The translations under genes were made by a program, and so were the position numbers. A stretch of 61,648 bases of DNA, counting the filler, from Stramenopiles sp. TOSAG23-3 (lineage: Eukaryota): NCBI GenBank assembly GCA_900128585.1. It is 10 parts of 10 records of this genome, joined end to end, with 100 filler letters (N's around TTAATTAATTAA, not from the genome) between each part and the next. Parts side by side here need not be neighbours in the genome. Positions count along the whole stretch, not along the records: positions 37,198 to 43,241 come from LT643388.1; positions 43,342 to 49,382 come from LT643389.1; positions 49,483 to 55,516 come from LT643390.1; 7 more parts are not named here. One strand, 5' to 3'. This document shows, piece by piece, positions 41,611 to 52,845 of the stretch. The notes beneath the pieces were generated by a model. It was not told where the DNA came from. It saw only the letters and a program-made list of their open reading frames with translations, and did no database searches. Every line of letters starts with the position of its first letter. Positions within the stretch are counted from its first letter, which is position 1.

Positions 41611-43128
41611 TCAAGCTGTACCAGTTCTTCGTAATTTTCCAATTTGGCACGAAACACGAACGCCACTTTCCAGTGCCGCTTGGGCGGTGGCCCCGGGCAT
41701 GTTAGTAGCTTCTCCCGCGAAGAACAGGCGTTCGTTAAAATACGACCGAGAAAGCAATGGAATAGTGTCAGCGTCAACCCCCGCACGAGTTGTAGCGTAC
41801 CCCCCGGAGATATATACACCGCCATCTTTCGCCCAGTCCCAGACGAACCCGTTGACATACTCTTCCACAGCGCTGGGAAGGTTGCTAGCACCTGCAATTG
41901 CAAGGGAATGGCCATCTGGTAAATGTTCTGGCCGTAGATGTGAAAACATGGCATCGAGCTGTTTCGCCAGTACTTGTAGCGGAATATCCTCTTGCGACAT
42001 GTCGGCCCTTTCGCTCCATAGCTTTTCAGCGTATTCGCTCGTCAAAAATGCAGTTGCAAAGCAGGTTGCGCCGTTGTTGCCTTCTCTCGATTCGACGTGG
42101 TCGTGGAACCAAATTTCAGGAATCGGGGTTCCTGCCATGATCATCCCGTCCAAGTTCTCCGGCCAAGGTCTGCGGCGGAACGATGCAACAACCTTCACCG
42201 CATTGTGAAAGTCCATGTTCGAAAACACATCTTGCAGCTTCGATGGAAGCTCTGGAACAAACTGGATTAGTCGTCGCTTCATGACTTCCGCGGACGCGGT
42301 GACCACGCAACGCTCTGCGTTTATTGTGCCACTAAATGCACTTGGACTCGATGACAAAGCCGTGGAGACAGTTACACTGGTTCCATTATCGTTAAATTGA
42401 ATGCTCGCGGCAACCGTGTTCAGCTGCACTCTTTCGCGTAAATCAGTGCTATGGGGGCCCTTCAGCAGGTGGTCTATGATGAAGGCAAACGAGGATTCGG
42501 GGCGACTGTCCCCTTCCTCTTCCCCATCCCCCCACAAACGCGACCAGCGAATAACCTGACGCAGGGACAGTTTTTCTGTCGTCGAGCATAGCGTATTTGC
42601 AAACCCAGCTTCTGCCATTGAAACCATTTCAGGTTCATCCACACCGCTGGATTTCAGGTAGTCCCCCAATGACATTTTCGCCGCCGCCTCGCTTTCGTCC
42701 ATGTTTGCTAAATTCCAAAGGGCCTCGTTCAGACGTACAAACGGTGGTTCCTCACTATCAAAGGGTATAAAACTTTCTCTAAATGCACTATAGTACATAC
42801 CGAATTGCTTCCCATTCACTAACTTATCATCTGGCCCACCATCGCCATGCGCCCAGCAGAACAAATCCGTTAATTTGACGTTGTTTTCAAGTGCTATTTG
42901 ATGTAGTTCGTGCCCCTTGCCGTGAAGCAGCTCCGCACCGAGGTCAACTTTGACACCTGGTAAAAACGTCGTGTTCTGCTTGATGCGCCCCCCAATGTAG
43001 TCTTGGGCTTCTAACAGTAAAATTTCACTAACCGCGAACCCCTCCACCTCAACCAATTTCCTTGCAACAGAGAGTCCCGCAATACCTGCACCAATAATGA
43101 CAACTTTTACGTCTATATTCGTCGTCAT
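41611..43128 (-). CDS. Flavin-containing amine oxidase (polyamine oxidase/LSD-like amino oxidase family)
   Basis: VVIIGAGIAGLSVA, LLEAQDYIGGRI, DLGAELLHG, CVVTA, RLFFAGEAT, ALESGVR. Confidence 0.9.
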   Translation of the reverse strand: MTTNIDVKVVIIGAGIAGLSVARKLVEVEGFAVSEILLLEAQDYIGGRIKQNTTFLPGVKVDLGAELLHGKGHELHQIALENNVKLTDLFCWAHGDGGPDDKLVNGKQFGMYYSAFRESFIPFDSEEPPFVRLNEALWNLANMDESEAAAKMSLGDYLKSSGVDEPEMVSMAEAGFANTLCSTTEKLSLRQVIRWSRLWGDGEEEGDSRPESSFAFIIDHLLKGPHSTDLRERVQLNTVAASIQFNDNGTSVTVSTALSSSPSAFSGTINAERCVVTASAEVMKRRLIQFVPELPSKLQDVFSNMDFHNAVKVVASFRRRPWPENLDGMIMAGTPIPEIWFHDHVESREGNNGATCFATAFLTSEYAEKLWSERADMSQEDIPLQVLAKQLDAMFSHLRPEHLPDGHSLAIAGASNLPSAVEEYVNGFVWDWAKDGGVYISGGYATTRAGVDADTIPLLSRSYFNERLFFAGEATNMPGATAQAALESGVRVSCQIGKLRRTGTA

Positions 43129-43341
43129 CGTCTCTGTGCCCCGGCCACCGCGCCGCGCCTTCTACCCTCAAGTCAAAAGGGACCACCACACTATATATCT
43201 TTATACGAAAACAAAGCCTACCTTCTCCCTTTTATAAAAATNNNNNNNNNNNNNNNNNNNNNNNNNNNNNNNNNNNNNNNNNNNNTTAATTAATTAANNN
43301 NNNNNNNNNNNNNNNNNNNNNNNNNNNNNNNNNNNNNNNNN

Positions 43342-44699
43342 TTCTTGCAATTTTCACACCTTTCGGTCCCTGGATCGTTCATTCCGAAAAACATTGTTTT
43401 GAAACGCTCCCCGTAGCAATGCCGGCACCGCCAACCCTTTGTAAGGTCCATTTCGCCCTGGTCAAACAGCTGGGGAGGGGGAGCGTCGGCAGGCCTCTCC
43501 TTCCCTTGGACGTCTTTCTCGTCGACGGCAAGGACGCACTCGTACTTCCATTCTCGAAACTGCTTTGGTTTGTCCTTCTTGTCGTTCGGGTCTGCTTGGA
43601 CGATGGAGTCGATTTCCCCTGCCACTGGCTTCACGTAAGGCTCCTCCCTACGTTCTGGCGCCGGCCCCACCACCCCGTTCGGGGCCGAGACCACCAAGGT
43701 GGCCAAACGCGGACCCCCGGGCGGCAGCCCGTTCCACTGCGTAAGCTGAAACTCGGCTTCGTTCTCCTGAGAAGGTGCAGACGACCACGCCGTGGTGAAA
43801 TGGTCTCCGCCGTGCAATATCCATACCGAATCGCTAGGCGACTTCAAGCTATCGGCGATTGGAATGCTCGTTTCAATTTCAGACGTTGACAACAGACCGA
43901 TCTTGTTACACCCGGCAAAGTGGTCTACCTTTGCCCCCGTCTGGGAATACGCCCCCACGTTCCCATTCGCAACACCCCGCATTAGCAAAGACATCAACTC
44001 GGTGGTGCACAGGTTGAAGGGTCCAAAGACAATTGGCATCATGCCCCCGCCCATCGCAACGTCTTGCTGAACTTTTTCCGAACCCCGCGATAGAAACGCA
44101 GAATATACAATCAACGCAAGGGCACCCCGGCCTTTGTACTGGTCTAGGTGGGACATAATAAATGCGTGGACACTGCCCGCCTCACTGCCGACGTCGTGGG
44201 TTTCGACGCCTTCTCCGACTTTGCCACCGGACCAGGTACACAAACGGAAGGGGGCGTTGAAGCTTAGCGTTGCGGCAATCGCGTGAGCGAGTTGCTCGTC
44301 CGTTGGGGCGTAGCTCGGCCCAAAGTTCTCTTTCGAACGAAGCTGAACAACCAGATTTCCCTGAAGAATCGCAAGGACTCCGCACGGCCCGTTCTTTGCC
44401 TGCACTAAGCCCAAGGGCGTTTCCTTTGAAAACTCCAACCCCTGCATCCAGCTGTCCGGGATCTCACTCTTATCGCTGCCCCAAACGCTTCCGAAGAAGG
44501 ACGGCAAATTGTTTTGCGCGCTTTCCACCACAGCACCTGCCCCACCAAAACCACCTCCGCCACCACCACCCTGATCAAAGAACAAAGAAATTGCAACGTC
44601 CAACGAACCACCCGACATTTCCATGTACATATTTGCGGTCCCTTCGTCGACCCCTGTCATCGCAGCAAACTGCTGGGCTTCTCCTGCAAACGAAGACAT
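43342..44699 (-). CDS. MINDY-3/4-type deubiquitinase with N-terminal UBA-like domain and C-terminal Zn finger; 3'-truncated by the contig end
   Basis: QFAAMTGVDEGTANMYMEMSGGSLDVAISLFF (UBA-like); GLVQAKNGPCGVLA (Gln/Cys); LKSPSDSVWILHGGDHF (His); WRCRHC...N......CENC. ATG at 44699. Confidence 0.82.
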
Positions 44700-45242
44700 G
44701 TCCGATTGTGGGCTAAAGGTTCTCTCTATGTATGTATTTGTGTCCTGCTTGTAGAAATTGATAAAACCCAGATGAACAGAGAGAGAGAGATATTGACAAC
44801 AAACACTTCCAGGGTTTACTATTTTGTTTCTTCCATTTTCTTTTGAATTAATCAAATTACTTTTTGATATAATAACATTTTGAACACAAACACACAAAAA
44901 AGAAGAACAACAACAAAAAACAAAATGGATTTATTTGCATAGGGATATATTCACAAAGTATACAATTAATATGTACTGAATTGAATTCAAGAAAAATGTT
45001 ATTTCATCCATTAATAATACAAAATGGCGGCGGCCGGCTGCTTTTTCTCAATCTGTTCTTTCACATGCTGCAAAATTCAAAAACGCAAAAAGATTAAACT
45101 GAAATGAGAAAATGCGTAACCATATAGATACGTTCGATTGTACATTGTTAATTTTTTTCTCTCTTTAGATTCAGTTTTCTCTCAGTTGGCCTGTTCGGTT
45201 TTCTTTCTTCCCTTCTTCGGTAGGAGGACAAGAACATAAACC

Positions 45243-48200
45243 ATGGCGTCGACGGAAGGAGAACCGGGGGCGTCCGTCCAGAGAGACGTTGTTGCGGAGC
45301 TTCATCAAAAGGCCCAGCGATTGATCGATGAGGCAAAGGGAGTTGCGGAGAAAGATGTGTCAGCGGGGTTTTGGGGCGACATGAGGCATACGGTGGGTAT
45401 CTCTGCGTGCATGGTCGTGTGCTCATTTTTTGTGTTTCTGGAGGCGGGGTTGTATTTCTCACACGGTGGAAGCGTTGCCTTGGCAGTGGAAAACGTTTGC
45501 TCTGGGGCATTTATTTTGTTCGTCGCGTTTTTATTGGTCTACGTAACGTACCAGCGCCGCCGGGCGTTGGCATTTGAGCGGATCGTTCGCGCCGAAAAGG
45601 TGGTTGCCCGCATAAAGTACAACCCCCCAGGGTACGTTGACGAGACATCGTCCCGGCTCTCGCAGTTCAGCACGTCGTCCTCGTCAATTTACACCGCGCT
45701 CGTGTTTCGCAACGAGCGCTGGCAGCTCTTTCCCACGAATTTGCTGCTGAAGGGCGAAACCATCGCAGTGGGGGCCGGGGCGCCTTTTCCCGCGCGGGTG
45801 AGGGTATTGGAACCGTTGGAAGAGGAGAAGACTGCGACGTACGAGAGGGGCGAAGTATTTCTACCAAGCATCGTCCGGTCCACGGACCCGGCGCGGGACG
45901 GGAAGCGCAAGGGGGCGAAGGCCAGGGCCCCGCATCAGGGCAAGAAGAGCCCGCCGAGAAAAGTGAAACGAACGTACACAAACGAGGATTTTTTGAAAAG
46001 CAACAACGAGGTAGACTCGAGCTTGTTACTGACGCAGATGGGGCATTTGCGCAGGTACGAACTCCTGGAGACGCCCCTGTTGGAACACCTCCGGACGTTC
46101 CTGTTCGCCCCTGTGGAACCCGACACGCCGTTTGACGTGGAAAAGGGCATGTTGCGCCGGTACTTTCAATACTGTTTCGCAGCCTTGTTCCTTGGAAGTT
46201 TAATAGCTAACGTTCTTCGGTTAGTATCGGTAGATCCGGGAACGGGGAAGCCAGTCTTGGTTTGGCCGGCAGCGGGGCCGAAGACGTCCAGCATATACTC
46301 GCTCTCGAACGTTCAGAGCAGCGAGCACTGGAGCAGTACAATTTTTATTAGACAAGTCCTGGTGCTGGTGCTTGGCCTTGCCCCCATGTTTACAATGTTA
46401 GAGTTCGTGTTGGAAGCCGCGACGATGAACCAGGTCTTGTCGACGCTGAGGGCGTTGGTGGCCGACACGAGCCTAAAGCGCCCCCCACCTCCGAGCAAGT
46501 CGAAGCAGTGCTTGGCATTTTCAAGGATAAAAGCATTCTGGAAAGACAACATTTTTCGCCGTCTTTTTCGTTGTCGCTGCCGGCGAGGGTGGCCACCTTG
46601 CGCGCTTCCCCCCGGTGGGGATGCTGGTGGGGAGGCCCCTGCCGCGCCGTTCGTCTTCCCCGGGGACCACGGCCTGGACGAAGAAGAGAGGGGCGAGGCA
46701 ATGGGGAGAAACGACTTTTATAAGTCTTTCAATGCCATGGACCAGGACGAACGGTTGAGCAACAGTCGGCTTCGTCGAAAACTTGTGAAAGTGGACGCCC
46801 GGCAGCTGGTGAGCGGGTTTTGGGCGTGCTTGCAGCATATCATTTTCGGCGAAACGGGCACTGCAATGACGCCAATGCTAACGCGACTGCCCCTGATATC
46901 GTCCCGGGTAGTCGAGCGCCTGGGCCGGGTGACACGGCTGTGCTGCGTGGACGAAAACGCGGCCACGGCAGGGGAGCCCTGCGTCGAGGAAGTGTTCCTT
47001 CTGAAAGGCGATGACGGGGAGCAGGACCAGTCCGACGCTGTGGCGTTCAGCGAATTCAGCCCAACGAAGCAGGTGGTAAAGCAGGAGCGTTCCATGATAC
47101 TGGACTTGTGCAGGGACATTACCCAGCCGTTCAACATTCGATTCGAACAACCGAACTGGCGGGAAAAATACATGCTCTCCATGAAGCCCATCGGGCTGTG
47201 CGCACTCTTGTGCGGAAACGCGGGCCGTGACAACAGCAATTCGTTGAAGGTCACCGGCGACGCGGCGTCGGCTCGATTGGCCGATGCGGTCAGCGAACGG
47301 TCCTGGTGGGACTCGGACAGAGCCCTTAAAACGTTGGCATACGCGATCGGGTTCCAAGACTGCGATTTGGACGTGTACAAGCGGCGTTGCCGAATCCATT
47401 TGATCGCCCCGTCGATGGAGAGGGAAGAGGAGCAGCGGCTGATTCGCCCCCCCCAATGGGTCGCCTCCCTCCCCCAGTTGCGCACGCACATGTCTACCAT
47501 TGTGCTGGAGCAGCGTGCCAGGTCGGGGAACTTTGTAGGCAGCGAGAACCCGGGGAAAACACGCCAGCTGCACCTCATGTCATGCGGGCACCCTGTCGCC
47601 GTCCTTGGGCGGTGCCGGCAGTTTTGGCAGGGGGACATGGGGTCGATATGGCCCCTGAAGAAAACGGACCGAAAAGCCGTTCTGAGCATGTACGAGCGCT
47701 GGAGCCGGGAAGGGTTTGACTGCCGCACGTGCGCATACACGCCGTGCGTTCCAGGGATGGAGAACATGATTTCTCGGCACAAGCGCGCGGCGGTCGACCG
47801 AAAAATGTCGAGCGACTCGTCGCAATCGGCCACCACCCCGACGGTCCCGTCCATTTACGTAACGATGAAATCAAATGAGGTGCGCGCTGCGTTTTCGTCG
47901 GCCATACACACCCTGCCGCAGACCGCGCCCTGGGAGGACAAGGAGCAGCAGATGCTGCTCTCTCAACAGATATTTCTTGGGATGGTGGCCTCGCGGCCCC
48001 AGCCGAAAGAGGAGATGGTGAGCATCATCGAGGATTTGGACAAGGCCGGCATTCGCTTTGTGTACTTCTCCCCGCACAACCCAAAGCGGGCGAAAATTAT
48101 GGCGTCGCAGATGGGGATAGAGACGGGGTGGAACAGCGCCGTCTCGCTTCTGTCGGAAGACAACACGAGTGGCTGGACGCCGGACGAGTGGGACGCCCGC

Positions 48201-49349
48201 GCCAAGCTGCCGCACGGGGTAAAAGAAGTCCGAGAGCATTTGAAGAACGTCGACAACGTCCCGTTGCTGGTGGCCCTGTTCACGGACAGCAAGCCGAAAG
48301 CTGTGAACGGGATGATTGAAGTGTTTCAGGAGAACGAGGGCGTCGTTTGCGCCTTTGGGAGCGCGCTGAACGCGCTGAATGGACCACTCTTCCAGCAAGC
48401 CGACATTGCCGTTGCTGTCGATGCCGTGTCGGGGGGGGTGGAGCCCGGGATTGACCGGAACGAGTTCAACGCCGATCGAGACAGCAGCGGGTCCAAAATA
48501 ATTCTCCCTGGCGATACGACCCTGGCCCTCGCCGCGGAACTAAATGCTTTGGACTGCGATTTCAGCTTAACAAGCTCACAGAACACGTACACTATCTTAG
48601 AGCTGATTGGCCTCTGCCGTACCTCTCTGGGCAACATGCGGCAGGCCGTGTGGTTCTTTTACGCCGCTCACACTATCCTTGGCGGCGTCGTGGTCATGGC
48701 ATCGTGCTCGGCCCTTCCGCCCCCAATGACCGTCGGTCGCATGCTCTGGTTCTCTTGGTTCGTTGTTCCATGCCTGGCAATAACGTTGCTCTGGTGCCCA
48801 GTCTTCAAACCCATGCAACGAATGGTGGAGAGTGGGAACGAGCAGGTATCGCAGAAGCGCATGAAGCACATACTTTTCTATACCGTTGCCCGGACCGTCC
48901 CGGCAGTGGCCATGTCCCAGTTTATTTATGGCGCCACCGTGGAGCACTACAGCGACCCGTCGTCCGCCGATCGGGGCGCGTCCATCGAACTGTCACGCGC
49001 TTGTTTCGAATTGTTTTTGATATGGACCTTTGCGTTCGTCTGTTTCACGTTTGAGCGACGTTGCGACCCGCTGACTGCCCGCGCTGCGCACCCGGTAAAC
49101 TGGCCGATGGTCTGGGTGTCTCTTGCGTTCTTCGCCTTTCACTTGGTCAAGTGCCTCATCCTGCATCTAGAAAGGGGCGCGGGCGGGGCACTACCGGTGT
49201 ACCTCGTCGTCGCCGCGGTGCTTTGGCCGGCCGTGTTCGTCGGGATTGCGGAGCTGACAAAGCACCACGATCATTTTTACTACACTCGGCACGATCGCCG
49301 TCGGCGCTTGGTGTTCGATACGAAGCTTGGCATGTGGAGCCCAAAGTAA
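45243..49349 (+). CDS. TMEM94: TMEM94 (KIAA0195/ERMA) P-type ATPase-like membrane protein
   Basis: PTNLLLKGETI, QIFLGMV, AGIRFVYFS, MGIETGWNSAVSL, AKLPHG...VREHLKNVDNVPLLVALFTD, C-terminal FDTKLGMWSP. Confidence 0.9.
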   Translation: MASTEGEPGASVQRDVVAELHQKAQRLIDEAKGVAEKDVSAGFWGDMRHTVGISACMVVCSFFVFLEAGLYFSHGGSVALAVENVCSGAFILFVAFLLVYVTYQRRRALAFERIVRAEKVVARIKYNPPGYVDETSSRLSQFSTSSSSIYTALVFRNERWQLFPTNLLLKGETIAVGAGAPFPARVRVLEPLEEEKTATYERGEVFLPSIVRSTDPARDGKRKGAKARAPHQGKKSPPRKVKRTYTNEDFLKSNNEVDSSLLLTQMGHLRRYELLETPLLEHLRTFLFAPVEPDTPFDVEKGMLRRYFQYCFAALFLGSLIANVLRLVSVDPGTGKPVLVWPAAGPKTSSIYSLSNVQSSEHWSSTIFIRQVLVLVLGLAPMFTMLEFVLEAATMNQVLSTLRALVADTSLKRPPPPSKSKQCLAFSRIKAFWKDNIFRRLFRCRCRRGWPPCALPPGGDAGGEAPAAPFVFPGDHGLDEEERGEAMGRNDFYKSFNAMDQDERLSNSRLRRKLVKVDARQLVSGFWACLQHIIFGETGTAMTPMLTRLPLISSRVVERLGRVTRLCCVDENAATAGEPCVEEVFLLKGDDGEQDQSDAVAFSEFSPTKQVVKQERSMILDLCRDITQPFNIRFEQPNWREKYMLSMKPIGLCALLCGNAGRDNSNSLKVTGDAASARLADAVSERSWWDSDRALKTLAYAIGFQDCDLDVYKRRCRIHLIAPSMEREEEQRLIRPPQWVASLPQLRTHMSTIVLEQRARSGNFVGSENPGKTRQLHLMSCGHPVAVLGRCRQFWQGDMGSIWPLKKTDRKAVLSMYERWSREGFDCRTCAYTPCVPGMENMISRHKRAAVDRKMSSDSSQSATTPTVPSIYVTMKSNEVRAAFSSAIHTLPQTAPWEDKEQQMLLSQQIFLGMVASRPQPKEEMVSIIEDLDKAGIRFVYFSPHNPKRAKIMASQMGIETGWNSAVSLLSEDNTSGWTPDEWDARAKLPHGVKEVREHLKNVDNVPLLVALFTDSKPKAVNGMIEVFQENEGVVCAFGSALNALNGPLFQQADIAVAVDAVSGGVEPGIDRNEFNADRDSSGSKIILPGDTTLALAAELNALDCDFSLTSSQNTYTILELIGLCRTSLGNMRQAVWFFYAAHTILGGVVVMASCSALPPPMTVGRMLWFSWFVVPCLAITLLWCPVFKPMQRMVESGNEQVSQKRMKHILFYTVARTVPAVAMSQFIYGATVEHYSDPSSADRGASIELSRACFELFLIWTFAFVCFTFERRCDPLTARAAHPVNWPMVWVSLAFFAFHLVKCLILHLERGAGGALPVYLVVAAVLWPAVFVGIAELTKHHDHFYYTRHDRRRRLVFDTKLGMWSPK

Positions 49350-49482
49350 TTATATATGTGTACTTAAATTGTATTCTATTTTNNNNNNNNNNNNNNNNNN
49401 NNNNNNNNNNNNNNNNNNNNNNNNNNTTAATTAATTAANNNNNNNNNNNNNNNNNNNNNNNNNNNNNNNNNNNNNNNNNNNN

Positions 49483-49483
49483 T

Positions 49484-49527
<44 letters not shown>

Positions 49528-49528
49528 T

Positions 49529-49560
<32 letters not shown>

Positions 49561-49584
49561 TTCTTTCTTTCTTTCTTTCTTTCT
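49483..49584. repeat. (CTTT)n microsatellite at the start of contig 9
   Basis: Directly visible. Confidence 0.95.
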
Positions 49585-50332
49585 AAAAAGAGGATTGAGG
49601 AGATTGAAGGGAAAACTTGTTTATCATAAAAATTAAAAGTGGGGGGGGAAGGAAGGAAGAAATTTAAAGTATATAATATAATAGGATTAAATAGAATTAG
49701 AATACAATTAGAATACTATAAGAATACAATAGAATTAGTTAAAAATGATCGATCGGAAAGGATCGATCTAATCTTTCTTCTTTTGGATTATTTAGATGTA
49801 GGATCATAATGTATATTTCAGTATACAACATTGTATAATTTATATTATTAAGTTAATAGAATAAATTTTTAATTCAATATAATGTAATATAGTTAGATTG
49901 ATATCTCCTTTTTTATAATTTGATCGTTTTTGGAAATTTCTTTACTTCTTTCTTTCATTCAAAAAATTTTAATCTGATTATTCATTCTATTGTTAGAGAA
50001 ACAAATGAACAATTGAGAGAGGGAAGCGGGACGACACCAATGGCAGGCACGCATACTTTTTGTCAAAGGAACGGACGATCGTGTGGACAGTGTGGGCGGA
50101 ACGGAAAATTGGAGACAGAAAGTATCAGTCGTGTGGATTGCAATTTGGATCTTGTGGTTTTGTTCGTTCAGTCTTTGTATTCTTCTTCACGGTGGATTAT
50201 TGACTTGCCACACACAGAGTGTTGAAGCTGCACGAAAACGTTATAATATATTGAAGGGGTACAGAATAGACTCCGTCCGTGCGTACAAGTTTGGTGGTTC
50301 GTTCTTTGTTTTTTTTTTAGTACCGTACCACG

Positions 50333-51622
50333 ATGAATTCTAGAATAGTGTTCGCCTTGGCGGTGGTGTCCGCGTTCGCCCTGTGCTTTGCAGCGGCGGT
50401 CCCGGCGTCCATGGCCCAAGGCGGAGGGCTCCGCCGGCGGGACGCCCCCGTCGGAGTGGCGGCGACGGGGTCCGTGGAGGAGCAGATGAAGAACCCGGTC
50501 GTGAGTGCGCGCGAAAAGGCAGAGGCAGAGCGCCGCGAGAACGACCAGGATGCCGCCAAGAGGAACGCCGAGGGCGCCGTCTCCGCCAACGAAAGGGTCG
50601 CAAAGGCGAAGGCCGCCGCGCACGAGGAGGCCAAGGCGGAGAAGGCGGCGGCGAACGCCGCGGAGGCCCGCCGCCTCGCCGAGGAGGAGCGAAGCAACCG
50701 GGAACTGAAGGACGCCGACAGGAAGCCCGCCCCTGTGCCGTTGAAGAAGACGGCGTCGATGGAATCCATGCAATATAGCGAGAACAGTACCAAGGAGGAG
50801 CTCAAGGCTGCCATGGCCACGCAGAAGCCGGACTCGACCGTCCTCAAAAAGGCGCTCACGGCGCACCAGCAGCGCATCTCCGGCAGGGCGGCGGAGACGC
50901 GGGAGGAGGCGGAGCAAGCGCGCCAGGCAGCGGTGAAGGAACGAACGGAGCGAGACCTTTCTGGGGGGCAAGAACATAGAACCTGGGACCCTAGAACCAC
51001 CAAAGTGGACCACATCAAGGCCAACATCGTCCCCGAACCCGAGACCTGCGGCATTCGGCACTGCAAGGATGCGGACCACCAGCTTCAGTTGAAATTCGGC
51101 CGGGAACCGTTGGAACACTTTTTGGACCGGTGCGTCAAGCACTACAACGATTGGAAACTCACCGTAGGGTACAACCTCGACTGCAAGGACAGCGGGAACC
51201 CCAATAGCACGGAGTTCACGGAGCCATGGAAGGGCTTCAACCAGCTCAAGCACAACTACGAAGAACGGCTGAAGGCAATCCAGGAGCACAAGGCGGAGCG
51301 TATGTCGATCCTTGGGCGGCACGCGGCCGACGACGGGCGGGTCCACTCGAACGTCACCATGGAAGAACGGAAGGAGCTGGAGCGAAAGGAGGACAACGAC
51401 TCGAAGAACGAGGCGATCGGGCACACGAAAATTCGTAGGAAACAGATGACCGATAAGATGAAGTACAACACAGAAGTAGAAGACCGAAAAACGAACAAGT
51501 TAGGGTGGGTGTACGAGGACGGAAGAAAAAACAATGTCTTCAAGCGCAGGCCACCAACGATCGAGGAGGCCCCCAAGGAAGGCTGGGGCCCAGGCTACAC
51601 GGTATCGACCATGAGATTGTAA
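50333..51622 (+). CDS. Secreted orphan protein with Ala/Glu-rich coiled coil and a 4-Cys domain
   Basis: Signal peptide MNSRIVFALAVVSAFALCFAAA; strong GC3 bias in this frame; CGIRHC...C...C. Confidence 0.78.
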   Translation: MNSRIVFALAVVSAFALCFAAAVPASMAQGGGLRRRDAPVGVAATGSVEEQMKNPVVSAREKAEAERRENDQDAAKRNAEGAVSANERVAKAKAAAHEEAKAEKAAANAAEARRLAEEERSNRELKDADRKPAPVPLKKTASMESMQYSENSTKEELKAAMATQKPDSTVLKKALTAHQQRISGRAAETREEAEQARQAAVKERTERDLSGGQEHRTWDPRTTKVDHIKANIVPEPETCGIRHCKDADHQLQLKFGREPLEHFLDRCVKHYNDWKLTVGYNLDCKDSGNPNSTEFTEPWKGFNQLKHNYEERLKAIQEHKAERMSILGRHAADDGRVHSNVTMEERKELERKEDNDSKNEAIGHTKIRRKQMTDKMKYNTEVEDRKTNKLGWVYEDGRKNNVFKRRPPTIEEAPKEGWGPGYTVSTMRL

Positions 51623-51897
51623 ATTTTTGTAGGTGTGTTTGTGACAGGCGTGCGCTGTTTTGGTGGCGCCTTCTAAATATATTTTTAATAATATTCGTAC
51701 TTTAAGTAGTATATAGTGTACAGAATGCAGGTATGCATGGCGTCGGGTAGTTTTAAGTTTTAACCGTAAAACGTGTAGCATGTTGCGCACGAAAACCTTT
51801 CGTCTCACCCGTTTCCCACCGCGCGCCTGGTGGTGACACGGAATAACCAAGCGTACAACCCCTGGTCACGCCGCCCCGACAACGTGGGAACGGCCGT

Positions 51898-52110
51898 TCA
51901 CCGCGCACCGTTTCCTTCCGTCGGCCGAGGGAGGTCGATGTTTATCGCCTCACTCTCTGCAGGGTTGTCGCTTTCCGCTTGCCACCTGTCGTAACGCCTA
52001 CGCACAATCCCCCTCCCCATATCCCCAAACACCACAAAACCGTACGCAGTGACGCCGATAAGGCACGTTGTCGTAACCTTGTGGACGATATTCAACGCAC
52101 CAGACGACAT
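51898..52110 (-). CDS. Small single-TM protein, COX14-like cytochrome c oxidase assembly factor
   Basis: 70 aa from ATG 52110: NIVHKVTTTCLIGVTAYGF then basic RRRY, resembling the COX14 pattern D..H......L.G.T..G. Confidence 0.55.
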   Translation of the reverse strand: MSSGALNIVHKVTTTCLIGVTAYGFVVFGDMGRGIVRRRYDRWQAESDNPAESEAINIDLPRPTEGNGAR

Positions 52111-52592
52111 GAAGACGCGTTTGTGTTTTTCCCCGTCAATCAATCCAGCGAACGAACGAATGAATGAAGTTCAACCAACGATTTAATCGTGCAAACCGTA
52201 GTGTATGTTGAAGAACAATTGTCGATTGTTTACAATCATCTTCCCAAAACAGTACAGTAATCTTATCTAAACATTGTTTTTGTTTTTTTAGACGGAATTG
52301 TAGTTTGTTTACATAATAATATAAGAAGATATAAAGAAGAAGAAGAAGAAGAAGAGAAGAAAAAAGAATGTCGAAAATGTCAGAAAAAAAAAATATAATA
52401 TAGAAATAGAATGATGAAAATAATATTCATGGCCACCCACCCACCGATAACAACCACAACAACCATAATAAAATAATAATACAATCATTTAACATAGAGA
52501 GATGAAGAAAAAGAAGTTAGAATTGATTACATTACAATTTAAATTAATATATTTATAATGATAGGCATGTCAGTCCTCAGTCCTCATTCCTC

Positions 52593-52685
52593 AGAGAGAA
52601 GAAAGAAGAAGAAGAAGAAAAAGAAGAAAAAAAAAAAAAAAAAAAGAAGAAGAGAAAGAAAAAGATTATCATGATCCATTCCCAC

Positions 52686-52719
<34 letters not shown>
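52593..52719. repeat. (GAA)n, poly-A and (AG)n tracts
   Basis: Directly visible. Confidence 0.85.
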
Positions 52720-52722
<3 letters not shown>

Positions 52723-52845
52723 GTATTTGATTCTTGTTGATACGTTAGAGAGATCTTTCTGTTTTACTCCTTTTCGTTTTGTGCTTTGAACAATTGGTTC
52801 GGTTGTTTTCATATTTATAAAATAAACCAAACACGTGGGAAAGAG

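Noticed and set aside
43290-43341. ORF-track extensions through N runs (also 24577-24765 and 49061-49438)
   Set aside because: They translate linker Ns; the real MINDY-like CDS is simply truncated at 43342.
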